The notes beneath the pieces are model-generated. The model was not told where the DNA came from and did no database searches. It worked only from the letters and a program-made list of their open reading frames with translations. The translations under genes and the position numbers were made by a program. A stretch of 64,000 bases of DNA, from positions 23,261-87,260 of IMG/VR virus record IMGVR_UViG_3300009868_000003. One strand, 5' to 3'. Numbering within the stretch: the first letter of the stretch is position 1; every line of letters starts with the position of its first letter. Below, piece after piece: positions 28,387 to 37,095 of this stretch. The stretch is from a virus. Lineage: Duplodnaviria > Caudoviricetes.

Positions 28387-29775
28387 TTATTTTAAGCCTT
28401 TAGCCATAGCTTCAATGTCTAATATGTGTTGTAAAGTATCTGCTGTCGTTTTATCCGTCCGTATTTCTTTATAGACCGGGTGAAGCAATGAATAATTACC
28501 CTCAGAGTCTTGAGAGACACCTGAACATTTTGTCTCGAGGATTGCTCCTTTAAGACTTTCTTGATTTTCAGTAATGTATTTCATTTCCTTCTCCTTTATT
28601 CCAGTCGGAGCTGTAAAAAGAAGTCCGTCTTCAGATACTGCTTCAACTGATGAAATGAGGTGTTCATTTTTCCCAGTTCCATACCTAAATCCGGTTATTC
28701 GTAAGTCGATTGTAATTTCAAGCTTAAGTTTTATTTGCCATTTAGGTTTACCATCCTTCCAGACCCCGTCTATTGACTTAAGAATGTTTCCTTCATACCC
28801 TAAATTTATGGTCTGTTGAAACAGTTTCATTGCTTCAGCATAGCTATTGACATGAGTCGTCTCTATTAGGGAAACCATAGTGGTCTGAGCATCACTTATG
28901 TATTTGGCAATGTTGTCTAACCGTTGACTGTATGGTGTGTCTGAATGTGCCCTGGTATATTCATCAAGTGTAATGGTGTCCCATGTCGTATAACGAATCT
29001 TACCTAAGGCTTCTTTCATTGACATACCATGTTCTTTTTCAAACTCAGCAAGCTCCTTAGTTACCTTCTTACCTTCTATGATTTTGGCATTTATTGTAAT
29101 AAGTGATGCAATTATTCCATTAGACTCATATCGGTTATACCCGTCCATTGTCAGTTCACCGTTAAGAACGCAGTCAGGAAACCGTTTAAGTTCCTCAACA
29201 AACGTTGCTCCTTCTAAGTATGAAGGTTCACCTCCACGACTTTCCATATTAACTATGCCACCCTCAATTATAACGTTTGCATACCGACCGTCCATCTTAA
29301 TCTGGGAATATGCACCATTTCCTTGAGCTAAGAGTTCATCAACCAACTTCTTAGAAAAGGCTTTTGCTCCCATATATGGAGTTTCCTCTATTAAACCTGG
29401 AAATATCTTATTGATGTTGGTGACCCCCATACCGATTTTACAGTCACGGTCGATTATCCTTTCAATAATATATGCATCATCAGGTGATAATGAAGACAAT
29501 ACAGTATGTAGGTGATTTAGTGCATCGTGACCCGTCTTTTCCCTTGAACTTAAAGGAGAAAGTAGATCCATTGCTTCATTTAGAGTCAGAGTAGGACTAC
29601 CTGAATTTTTAGGGTATTCTCCCATGTGTTTGATGTAAAATTTCACTCTAGGTGAATTAGCAAGGTATAATGCTCTTTTTAAGGTTTCATTTTCGGAATA
29701 AGACCGAAGGATGTCCATCTTTGCATTAGAACCGTTGTCTGATGATATATGGTCGAATATTTCTTTAACTGTCAT
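28387..29775 (-). CDS. lig: ATP-dependent DNA ligase (T4 gp30-like)
   Basis: QIKMDGRY (KxDG), LNGELT, EGNILK, IKLK; C-terminal OB fold. Confidence 0.92.
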   Translation of the reverse strand: MTVKEIFDHISSDNGSNAKMDILRSYSENETLKRALYLANSPRVKFYIKHMGEYPKNSGSPTLTLNEAMDLLSPLSSREKTGHDALNHLHTVLSSLSPDDAYIIERIIDRDCKIGMGVTNINKIFPGLIEETPYMGAKAFSKKLVDELLAQGNGAYSQIKMDGRYANVIIEGGIVNMESRGGEPSYLEGATFVEELKRFPDCVLNGELTMDGYNRYESNGIIASLITINAKIIEGKKVTKELAEFEKEHGMSMKEALGKIRYTTWDTITLDEYTRAHSDTPYSQRLDNIAKYISDAQTTMVSLIETTHVNSYAEAMKLFQQTINLGYEGNILKSIDGVWKDGKPKWQIKLKLEITIDLRITGFRYGTGKNEHLISSVEAVSEDGLLFTAPTGIKEKEMKYITENQESLKGAILETKCSGVSQDSEGNYSLLHPVYKEIRTDKTTADTLQHILDIEAMAKGLK

Positions 29776-29791
29776 AGACTAAATATACTAA

Positions 29792-29816
29792 AAAGGCACC
29801 AAAATTTGGTGCCTTT
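29792..29816. terminator. inverted repeat / probable intrinsic terminator
   Basis: aaaggcaccaaa / tttggtgccttt perfect arms. Confidence 0.7.
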
Positions 29817-29838
29817 AGAATTAAATATGTAACCTGGA

Positions 29839-30426
29839 TTAAGACTCAGTTGTTATTGGGTTTTGGTCATCAGCTGGGGTTGAATCAGCTGGAGTCTCTT
29901 CTGCCTTTAACTTTTCACGATATTCTTTAACAAGTTCGTCAATTTCCCTCATCTTCTTAGCTGCCCCGTTTAGTGCCATGGCAATCCTAAAAGTCCTCTG
30001 TGCCTGTTCAATACCCTTACCCTTAACCCGGCCGGTGTAATAAATTGCTCCTTCAATTGCTGCGGCTGAGAGTGCAATTACCGGGGCTTCAGCCTTGTTT
30101 TTCTGAGCTTCTTTTAAAACTTTAGAGTAGGTTGCATATGCTGATTCGATACCCATAAAGGCGTTCATCAACATAAATGCTTCCTGAGGACCGGTAAACT
30201 CATATTCACCTTGCATCTTACCCCTTAGGTATTTAAGGTCATCTAAGTGCAATAATGGAACCGCAAAAGTTCCTACTCGTTGGTCTTGTAAAAATTCAAT
30301 CTTTTCTTGTGTTGATAAAGATTCAAAATCAACCGGAGCAGGTGCTTCAGATGTTTCTTGTTCAACTTCAGGTGCTACTGGGCCCACTGTTGTTTCTTCG
30401 TTTAGTTGTTCTTGTGTTTGTGACAT
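29839..30426 (-). CDS. hypothetical helical protein
   Basis: 195-aa ORF. Confidence 0.65.
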   Translation of the reverse strand: MSQTQEQLNEETTVGPVAPEVEQETSEAPAPVDFESLSTQEKIEFLQDQRVGTFAVPLLHLDDLKYLRGKMQGEYEFTGPQEAFMLMNAFMGIESAYATYSKVLKEAQKNKAEAPVIALSAAAIEGAIYYTGRVKGKGIEQAQRTFRIAMALNGAAKKMREIDELVKEYREKLKAEETPADSTPADDQNPITTES

Positions 30427-30441
30427 TTGTCTATCTTGTTT

Positions 30442-30729
30442 TTAGATTAATTCTCTTAATTTTTGGTTTGAGCAGTGTAACTTAATGTTATTACACCTCA
30501 TTCTTTCAAGAATAACGTTTAGTTTGTCGGTTAAAGTATAAGGTTCCGATTCCTTTAGTCCACCTGATGGTGTTTCAGTCATTTCATCTTCGATGTGAAT
30601 TTGACGAACCTTTGCAGATAGGTCATAAGCTTCATCTGCAGTTGCAGACACTTCGGAAAAAATTTCATTAATTAATTGACAGACTATTGTTGGAGCCTGA
30701 ACTGATGGATCATTTGTCGGATATGGCAT
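30442..30729 (-). CDS. hypothetical protein
   Basis: 95-aa ORF. Confidence 0.55.
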   Translation of the reverse strand: MPYPTNDPSVQAPTIVCQLINEIFSEVSATADEAYDLSAKVRQIHIEDEMTETPSGGLKESEPYTLTDKLNVILERMRCNNIKLHCSNQKLRELI

Positions 30730-30767
30730 AACTTGTGTTCTTTAGCTAAGTTATACGTCTACTGAAG

Positions 30768-31253
30768 TTAAGGTTTTAGTCGGTCTAAAATAATTTTTTG
30801 AGCAGGAACTATTTTTGAGTATGCCTCTTCATATTTGATAAAACCAGCCCAGTCCACTTCTTCTGTCTGAAGCATGGTCTTAGGAAGTGTTGGTCCAGTT
30901 AGACCTAAAGATTCTAACTTTGGAACTGAAACTTCATAATAAGTTACGGTCTTCTTAGGTTTGTTTCCTGAGAAAAAAACAAAAGTCTTGGGTTCCCTAT
31001 TTATAAACTCTTCAGGGACCTCAAGACCTATTTCTTCCTTGACCTCCCTAAGGGCAGCTTGCCATTCGGATTCTCCAATTTCAATCTTTCCTTTTGGAAT
31101 ACCTAGTGTCGGTTTTTGCCAACTTGAATTTGTGGGGTGAATTAAAAGTATTTTACCTTCACATGTGATTGCTAATCCTGCTGCATCTTTCATCTCAGAC
31201 ATATTATCATATGCTTCTATTATAAAATCGTTGAAAGATTTAACTCTTATCAT
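30768..31253 (-). CDS. Nudix hydrolase with capsid-targeting-like N-terminus
   Basis: Nudix box GKIEIGESEWQAALREVKEEIG; starts MIRVKSFNDFIIEA. Confidence 0.88.
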   Translation of the reverse strand: MIRVKSFNDFIIEAYDNMSEMKDAAGLAITCEGKILLIHPTNSSWQKPTLGIPKGKIEIGESEWQAALREVKEEIGLEVPEEFINREPKTFVFFSGNKPKKTVTYYEVSVPKLESLGLTGPTLPKTMLQTEEVDWAGFIKYEEAYSKIVPAQKIILDRLKP

Positions 31254-32419
31254 TTTTTCGCAGTAGGTGAAGTTGTATTAGGTTGTGAATAGTATCTGCT
31301 ATATGAACGGTTTCCCTTAGCATCCTTAAGAAGAAGTCCTTTTCCTTGTAGGAACTTTTGAACACTGGATGGGTCGATTGAGTATTCACCGTCTAAATCA
31401 TCGATTAAGTTGTTTCCGGTGATCTTTTCGTACGTATCGCGAACTGCATCTAAATCGGCTTGAGACTTAATAGGTTCAAGTATTTTCTTAATCTTATCGG
31501 TTTCATCCCAAGCAACTCCTGATATTTGGTTTTTAAGCTGTGTTGCTATGTCCAAAACTTGAGAATCATTTAAGGTCTTTCCTGCAACAGGTGCTCCTCC
31601 TAATTTAGTTCCAGTAGAGGCTGCTTGTCCTGCTCCTCCGGCTCCAGGTTGTCCTGTCTTAGGGGAGTTCTGAGAGCCTGAATTTAAGTAAGTTTGAAGT
31701 TGGTTCATATCCACGTTTCCGCCAGCTTTCATTACTGCAGCAAGTAATGTGTCTAATACCTGTTGAGTTACCTCATTTATAGGTTGACCTTGGTTTCCGT
31801 TTACCACAAGGCCTAATGCAGATGCTGTTACGTCTCCATAACGACCATCAATACCTCCCTTACCTTTTATAAGAGCTGCTGCTTGTGGATTTGCTGCACT
31901 TATAAGAGTCTGAAGGACCTTGGCTCGACCGTCAATTATTCCAGGATTCTTTTTAAGTCCAACCAATTTACCTGATATTCCCTTTAAGTCTGCATCAGTT
32001 GCTTTGTGTGTCTGACCAAACATATGTTCAACTGATTTTACTTCAAGTTTAACCTTATTAGTTCCAGCAATAGGAGAAACTTTAAGTTTTGCAACCAAAT
32101 TTCTATCACCCTTAGAATCTGTGAATTCCACATTATCTATGTCAACTGGCTGAGAAATGTTTGCAAGATCTATTTTAGTTCCAATTGCGGTCTGAAGTGA
32201 TTGTTGTTCAGCTGAACCACGAATACCTCCCATGACCTCGTCAAAAACCTTCTTTAATTCTTCTGAACCCGCTGGAGCAGAAGAATTTGGATTTTGGGTC
32301 TGTTGGTTAGCAGCATTTGCAGGATCCTTAGTAGGATCGTAATACTGGTTATCTGGTGTGTCCTCGTTTATTGTCTTAAACTTTTTTTGCTCTAAAAACA
32401 ATGCATAGTTTTGAATCAT
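31250..32419 (-). CDS. putative virion internal protein, with PG-binding-like motif
   Basis: MIQNYALFLEQ..INED start; IDGRYGDVT motif; G/A/Q-rich linkers. Confidence 0.55.
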   Translation of the reverse strand: MIQNYALFLEQKKFKTINEDTPDNQYYDPTKDPANAANQQTQNPNSSAPAGSEELKKVFDEVMGGIRGSAEQQSLQTAIGTKIDLANISQPVDIDNVEFTDSKGDRNLVAKLKVSPIAGTNKVKLEVKSVEHMFGQTHKATDADLKGISGKLVGLKKNPGIIDGRAKVLQTLISAANPQAAALIKGKGGIDGRYGDVTASALGLVVNGNQGQPINEVTQQVLDTLLAAVMKAGGNVDMNQLQTYLNSGSQNSPKTGQPGAGGAGQAASTGTKLGGAPVAGKTLNDSQVLDIATQLKNQISGVAWDETDKIKKILEPIKSQADLDAVRDTYEKITGNNLIDDLDGEYSIDPSSVQKFLQGKGLLLKDAKGNRSYSRYYSQPNTTSPTAKK

Positions 32420-32437
32420 CTTATGTTAGTTTGATTT

Positions 32438-33091
32438 TTAAACAGCTGAATAGATTACTGGAGTTCCTTTAGGTGTAGTAAAAGTCACGTCGCTTCCTAC
32501 CGCTCCGGCTGCACCTGATGCTGTATTATCCTGTGCTCCTGTTTTTTTACTTATTGCGTTGTTCAGCTGAGCAAGAGTCTTCTGTTTTTCCTTGTCAACT
32601 TCACTGACAATACGATTGTCTGCTCCTGGTTTAGCATACTTAGGAAGTTCTGCTATTGGAACTAACCATACATGCCATTCGTTTGGTTTCTCGTAATAGT
32701 ATTCCTTAGGAAAATCGTTATATTTGGTTTTATCCATTAGTGAGATGATAAACACATTCACAAACCTTCCAGTAAAACCTGCAGCCTCAGGAACGTCTTT
32801 CTTTAACTGGTCATATGCTAGGAAAAAATTAGCAGAATCGTCAAATGCTTTTTTAAATTCATCAAAGGTCCTTGCACTTTGCATCTGTTCCCTCCAGATA
32901 CCCATAAGTTCGATTTGGTTAGGGTCATGCTCAATAAATTTAGCCTTCATTGTTGCAAGAGCACCATCAAGTGTCTTGATGACTATGAATTTGTATTTGT
33001 TTCCTTGAGTCTTAATTTTAGTCATCTCCTTTTCGGTGAGATTTTCCTTAACGAAGTCATCAAATGATGGAAGTCTTTTAAATTCTTTCAT
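32438..33091 (-). CDS. putative virion internal protein
   Basis: Starts MKEFKRLPSFDDFVKENLTE. Confidence 0.55.
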   Translation of the reverse strand: MKEFKRLPSFDDFVKENLTEKEMTKIKTQGNKYKFIVIKTLDGALATMKAKFIEHDPNQIELMGIWREQMQSARTFDEFKKAFDDSANFFLAYDQLKKDVPEAAGFTGRFVNVFIISLMDKTKYNDFPKEYYYEKPNEWHVWLVPIAELPKYAKPGADNRIVSEVDKEKQKTLAQLNNAISKKTGAQDNTASGAAGAVGSDVTFTTPKGTPVIYSAV

Positions 33092-33096
33092 GTTGT

Positions 33097-35232
33097 TTAG
33101 TTTGTTCCAGAAGTCTGCTTTTGTTGGATTCTTAAGTCAACTAATCTCTTAGTTTCCTCAAGAAGCATATCAGCATCTTCTTTGGTTATCTTTTTATTAT
33201 TTAAAAGCCAATCGATGTTTTGTTTTGCAACGGTCATGGCCTGAGAATCATCAAGGTAAGCTGTTCCATTCTGGATGCTTATTATAGTTAGGAAGTGTAA
33301 CTGTTTATTGCTGTCTGGAATTGAATCATATGTATCAAACATGACATCCTCAACTGGAGCCATTCCTAAATTCTTCAGCATCTCGTTTTGGTTTCTAGCA
33401 ATGGCTTCAGCATCTTCCTTTTTATAGATAGGTTTTTGACCTAAGTCATTGTCTTTATAACGAACGTCTTTAATGTCTTTATATGCTGGATCGTGAACCG
33501 GCATATAAGTAGAAGCTGCAGCTATTAGTGGTTCGCAATTTTCGTTGCAATTAGGTTTTGCTGTGTATTTTGAAAGGCTCGAATGAATTTCCATGGCAGC
33601 TTGAGTAAACGATGCTTGAACCGTTGGGTCGTTTACGTCTCCTGCATAATTTTTCATAAGGTCAGCCTTAATTTGTTCTACTGTTTGGACCTCAACCTCG
33701 TGTCCGTCTGCGTCGTTAATAGATTCCGACCAGCACCTAAATTGACATAAAAGTGAATTAGATCTTGTTGCAACGTTTCTTAAAACAAGTCTAAAGAAAT
33801 ATTTGAAATATGGAAAGGTAGTAGAAGCAACCCCATTTTTTATTAAACCTGAAATAAGAGCCTTATTTTTATCGACTGTTTTGAGCATGTTCATATACAT
33901 GTTCGGTTTTGCCGCAATAGTCTTTAAAAACACCAGGTCACCTTTAGACAGCCCTTTAACAAAAGCTGGATTATCTAGCATCTTAAGGGTTGCGTTTCTT
34001 AATTCAAGTGCGGAAGCATCCTTCATTAATAGCTTAAATGAAGGCTTAAAGTTTGTGTATTTAGAAAGAGCAGTAGCAAAGACTTCCGCTTCTTTTGTTC
34101 CATGAATTGCTGATTTTTCGACAAGTTCTCCTGCTCTTTTGAAAGATTGAAGAACTCCATGAGAATACTTATATGCTTCTTTCGCTCTTTGTGGAAGCTT
34201 TGCATATTCAGCAGTCTTCATAAAATCGTCAAGATGAGTCGTTATCATTAAGTCTTGGCTATGAGGAACTAGTTTTTGAGTTCCTGACATTCCAGGTTTA
34301 GGGACGGTTACTGTTTTAGAACCGGCTGCTCCTCTTTCTACTGCCTCAATCTCGCGTACAAAATCATCTCCACTTGCCGATAAAGCCTTCATTTTTTGAA
34401 GTGTTGGAGTATTCTTTAAACCTAATATTTTAGTTTCAGCTTTAGTTGAGATCCAACCTACAACCTTTGCAATGCCTGATATTACACCGTCAAACATCTT
34501 ATAGATTATTTCTACTCCACCTCTAAGGAACTCCTTAATGATGTTTATGAATTTACCTCCTCCTACTTTTAGGAATTCGGGATTTTTATATAAGTCTGCT
34601 ACTGCATGAGCTGCTGCTCCTTTATCGGTCTTAAATATGGCCTCAGAGAGAGCCTTTATCCCTGTAAATCTTGCCAATGGCCTGAAAGCTTCAGCCATGA
34701 CTCCGAATGGAAGAAGAGCAATAAAAGATATCGCTGCATCAAAAAATCTACCTTGAATTAAATAGATGATACCGTTAACTAATGCGGCTGCCCTATCAAT
34801 TGGGATTCCAATATATGTTGCTGGGATAAGAGAAACAATATCTAGAATTAGGTGTAAAGCACCCAACATCCAGTTTTGGTCTTCAAAATATGCGCCTTTA
34901 ACGAATCCCCAAACTGCACTTGCAACCTTTCCAATTCCACTAAAAAGGTCCTCATTAATCTTTTGAGCAATGATTTCAAAGTCTTTAAAACGATTTTCAA
35001 AGACAAAGACAGGGTCGGCCCCATTAGAATAAAACTCATGTTCTATTCTAAGCGCTTGTCCCGCACTTATTCCTTTGTTTTCAAAAAAGTTTAAATAGTT
35101 TTCTGTTACCGGTAGGTAATAGAGAGTATCGTCGTACAAATAAGATTTAGACTCAAGGATTTCCTTAAGCTTCTGTCCCTCTGGGGTTCTAAGATATAAA
35201 AATTGATTTATGTCTGGGGATACGAATGACAC
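33097..35232 (-). CDS. large protein with pre-toxin (PT-TG-like) helical hairpin
   Basis: LHLILDIVSLIP..IG..ID.AAAL.NGIIYL.QG...DAAIS..ALLPFG. Confidence 0.55.
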   Translation of the reverse strand: MSFVSPDINQFLYLRTPEGQKLKEILESKSYLYDDTLYYLPVTENYLNFFENKGISAGQALRIEHEFYSNGADPVFVFENRFKDFEIIAQKINEDLFSGIGKVASAVWGFVKGAYFEDQNWMLGALHLILDIVSLIPATYIGIPIDRAAALVNGIIYLIQGRFFDAAISFIALLPFGVMAEAFRPLARFTGIKALSEAIFKTDKGAAAHAVADLYKNPEFLKVGGGKFINIIKEFLRGGVEIIYKMFDGVISGIAKVVGWISTKAETKILGLKNTPTLQKMKALSASGDDFVREIEAVERGAAGSKTVTVPKPGMSGTQKLVPHSQDLMITTHLDDFMKTAEYAKLPQRAKEAYKYSHGVLQSFKRAGELVEKSAIHGTKEAEVFATALSKYTNFKPSFKLLMKDASALELRNATLKMLDNPAFVKGLSKGDLVFLKTIAAKPNMYMNMLKTVDKNKALISGLIKNGVASTTFPYFKYFFRLVLRNVATRSNSLLCQFRCWSESINDADGHEVEVQTVEQIKADLMKNYAGDVNDPTVQASFTQAAMEIHSSLSKYTAKPNCNENCEPLIAAASTYMPVHDPAYKDIKDVRYKDNDLGQKPIYKKEDAEAIARNQNEMLKNLGMAPVEDVMFDTYDSIPDSNKQLHFLTIISIQNGTAYLDDSQAMTVAKQNIDWLLNNKKITKEDADMLLEETKRLVDLRIQQKQTSGTN

Positions 35233-35253
35233 AGGCTTCTTCCTGTTTCTTTT

Positions 35254-35261
35254 TATTTATC
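35254..35261 (-). promoter_or_regulatory. late-like promoter GATAAATA
   Basis: About 21 nt upstream of start 35232. Confidence 0.5.
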
Positions 35262-36330
35262 CCTCTTTAAACCTAGCTACTTTAAGTGCAATCTTTTTGT
35301 AAAGGTCTCCTTGTTCCTCGGTCGAAAGATCCATTAGAAACTTAAGAACTTCGCTATATTGAAATTCACTTTCAAAGCTTAGACCAGGCTCTAACCATGA
35401 AAAATTATACGATACTGGAATTGCTCCAAATATTACAGCTTCATAGATTCTTGCAGGTATGAATCTGTATTGGTTGTATTTGTTTTTTGTTACGTTTAAA
35501 CAGACATTACTGTTTTTAAAAGTGTCCCATGCAACTAAGCGGTTACCTCTTTCAATCAAATGAGTATTACTTTCCTCAAAGTCTTCCCGAAGTTCCGGAG
35601 TTATTTTTGCAACTATTGATAACTTTGGTGATTTACCGGTGAATGTTTTAACTCGTTCTGTTTCAAAAAGAACGTCCTTAAGAATTTGAGATTTTTCATG
35701 ACCTGCTTTATAATTGTTGGCATCGACGTTTCCGTAAAATATTACATTTGAACTAAGACCTCCCTTAAACTTTTCTTTTAAATTTAGTTCTATAAAGGAA
35801 GAGGCAAATTCTTCAGATATTCCTGGAAAATCAATTGATGGGACTATGATTTTTATTCCATGATCTTCCGCAAACGACTTAAATGACGCAGGTAATGAAA
35901 GGTCAGTGTCTACTATATAGGCGTTTTGTGTTGGAAACTTCGAATCTATTATAGTTTTAATAATTTCTTCAAACTTCCAAGTATCTGTTAATCCTTTTGA
36001 GAGGCTTGAAAGGTTTCTAAATCTTGCCTTTAGGAAGATTTTATTGTATTTCTTAGCTTTTATGTAATCGAGAACTTGATTTAGGTCTTGAACGAGTGCA
36101 TCAATATTTTGCTCCGCGAATTCAAACATCAATTTACCATGATTGTCTGTTGGAAAATCACAAGTTAATGGTTCAACATCAGATATGTATGAGAAGACTT
36201 CAAATTTTTGTCCGTCACCATACATTCGTCGTATTGAATCTAAAAGTCCGATTTGATAAAAGGTGTGACCTGGAACGTCCAGTTTAAAATTGGTTCCAAA
36301 TGAACCGAAGTATGCATATAAGTTATTCAT
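35257..36330 (-). CDS. GT-B glycosyltransferase resembling T4 DNA beta-glucosyltransferase
   Basis: NFKLDVP..T.Y, TDLSLP, NVIFYG and NKYNQYRFIPARIYEA parallel recalled T4 BGT motifs (NFKTVP, TDIRLP, DVIYGG, NYNDNFITLRVWE); similar length. Confidence 0.55.
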   Translation of the reverse strand: MNNLYAYFGSFGTNFKLDVPGHTFYQIGLLDSIRRMYGDGQKFEVFSYISDVEPLTCDFPTDNHGKLMFEFAEQNIDALVQDLNQVLDYIKAKKYNKIFLKARFRNLSSLSKGLTDTWKFEEIIKTIIDSKFPTQNAYIVDTDLSLPASFKSFAEDHGIKIIVPSIDFPGISEEFASSFIELNLKEKFKGGLSSNVIFYGNVDANNYKAGHEKSQILKDVLFETERVKTFTGKSPKLSIVAKITPELREDFEESNTHLIERGNRLVAWDTFKNSNVCLNVTKNKYNQYRFIPARIYEAVIFGAIPVSYNFSWLEPGLSFESEFQYSEVLKFLMDLSTEEQGDLYKKIALKVARFKEG

Positions 36331-36733
36331 CTATCTTTTCCTGGTTTCTTCGCCAGTCAAGATATTTTATTAGGACTCCATCCTTTGGTTCTACGTTAAT
36401 ATTTCCTTTTTGAAAGATTTCCCAAGAATCCTGACCATACTTACCAATTCCATGCAGCTCTATGGGCTCTTTCCAATCCTTTTCGAGCCATTCCTTAGAA
36501 AATCTGACTATTGTCTTTGCTCTTTTTTCAGAAAGTCCTAATGGCGTTAAAAATGATTTTAGAAACTCATGGTTCGCTTTAGTTGCACGTTCAGAAGTAG
36601 GATACATCTCGAAGAAAAGGTCTCTAATTCCGTCAACCTGTTTTCTTTGTGTTAGATTTAAAAAGATGCAACATATAAGCATCTTCCAAGGGTCCTTTTG
36701 ATAAATTTCCTGTAAGAGAACAAATGGGCTCAT
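36323..36733 (-). CDS. MBD4-like HhH-GPD mismatch DNA glycosylase (catalytic domain only)
   Basis: SPF.L.QE...DPWK.LI..IFLN.T, PLGL...RAKTIV.FS.E.L...WK.PIELHGIGKYG.DS, P.D..L.KY.DW. Confidence 0.88.
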   Translation of the reverse strand: MSPFVLLQEIYQKDPWKMLICCIFLNLTQRKQVDGIRDLFFEMYPTSERATKANHEFLKSFLTPLGLSEKRAKTIVRFSKEWLEKDWKEPIELHGIGKYGQDSWEIFQKGNINVEPKDGVLIKYLDWRRNQEKIDE

Positions 36734-36739
36734 TACAGT

Positions 36740-36750
36740 ATTATACCAAA
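36740..36750 (-). promoter_or_regulatory. extended -10-like element TTTGGTATAAT
   Basis: Same 11-mer as 7358-7368, immediately upstream of the MBD4-like start. Confidence 0.4.
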
Positions 36751-37095
36751 TTAGGATTCTCTTTCTGGTTGTTCAGGTTGAGTAGGGGCAGGCACCTCGG
36801 CTGTTTGTTCGCTTCCAAGTGGAGCATTAGACAATGACATATCCTCTTCTCTCTTCTTATCAAGGTTTTCAAGCTCTTCTGGAGTCTTTTCCCTTTCTAA
36901 GTTAATTTTATGTTGAATATCATCATTCTTAAGCGGAAAAGATTTTCCACTTGGGTCTATTGCAAGGTATGATTGTGAAGTCGATTCGACTCCAATAATG
37001 TTAACTAATCTTCCATCCTTGAGGCGTACTCTATCCCCTCCCTTATATTTACTAGGACGTAGGTCTAAGAATGCGGACTCATAGTCCTCAAACAT
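36751..37095 (-). CDS. hypothetical protein, SH3-like N-terminus
   Basis: YKGGDRVRLKDGR..I pattern. Confidence 0.55.
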   Translation of the reverse strand: MFEDYESAFLDLRPSKYKGGDRVRLKDGRLVNIIGVESTSQSYLAIDPSGKSFPLKNDDIQHKINLEREKTPEELENLDKKREEDMSLSNAPLGSEQTAEVPAPTQPEQPERES

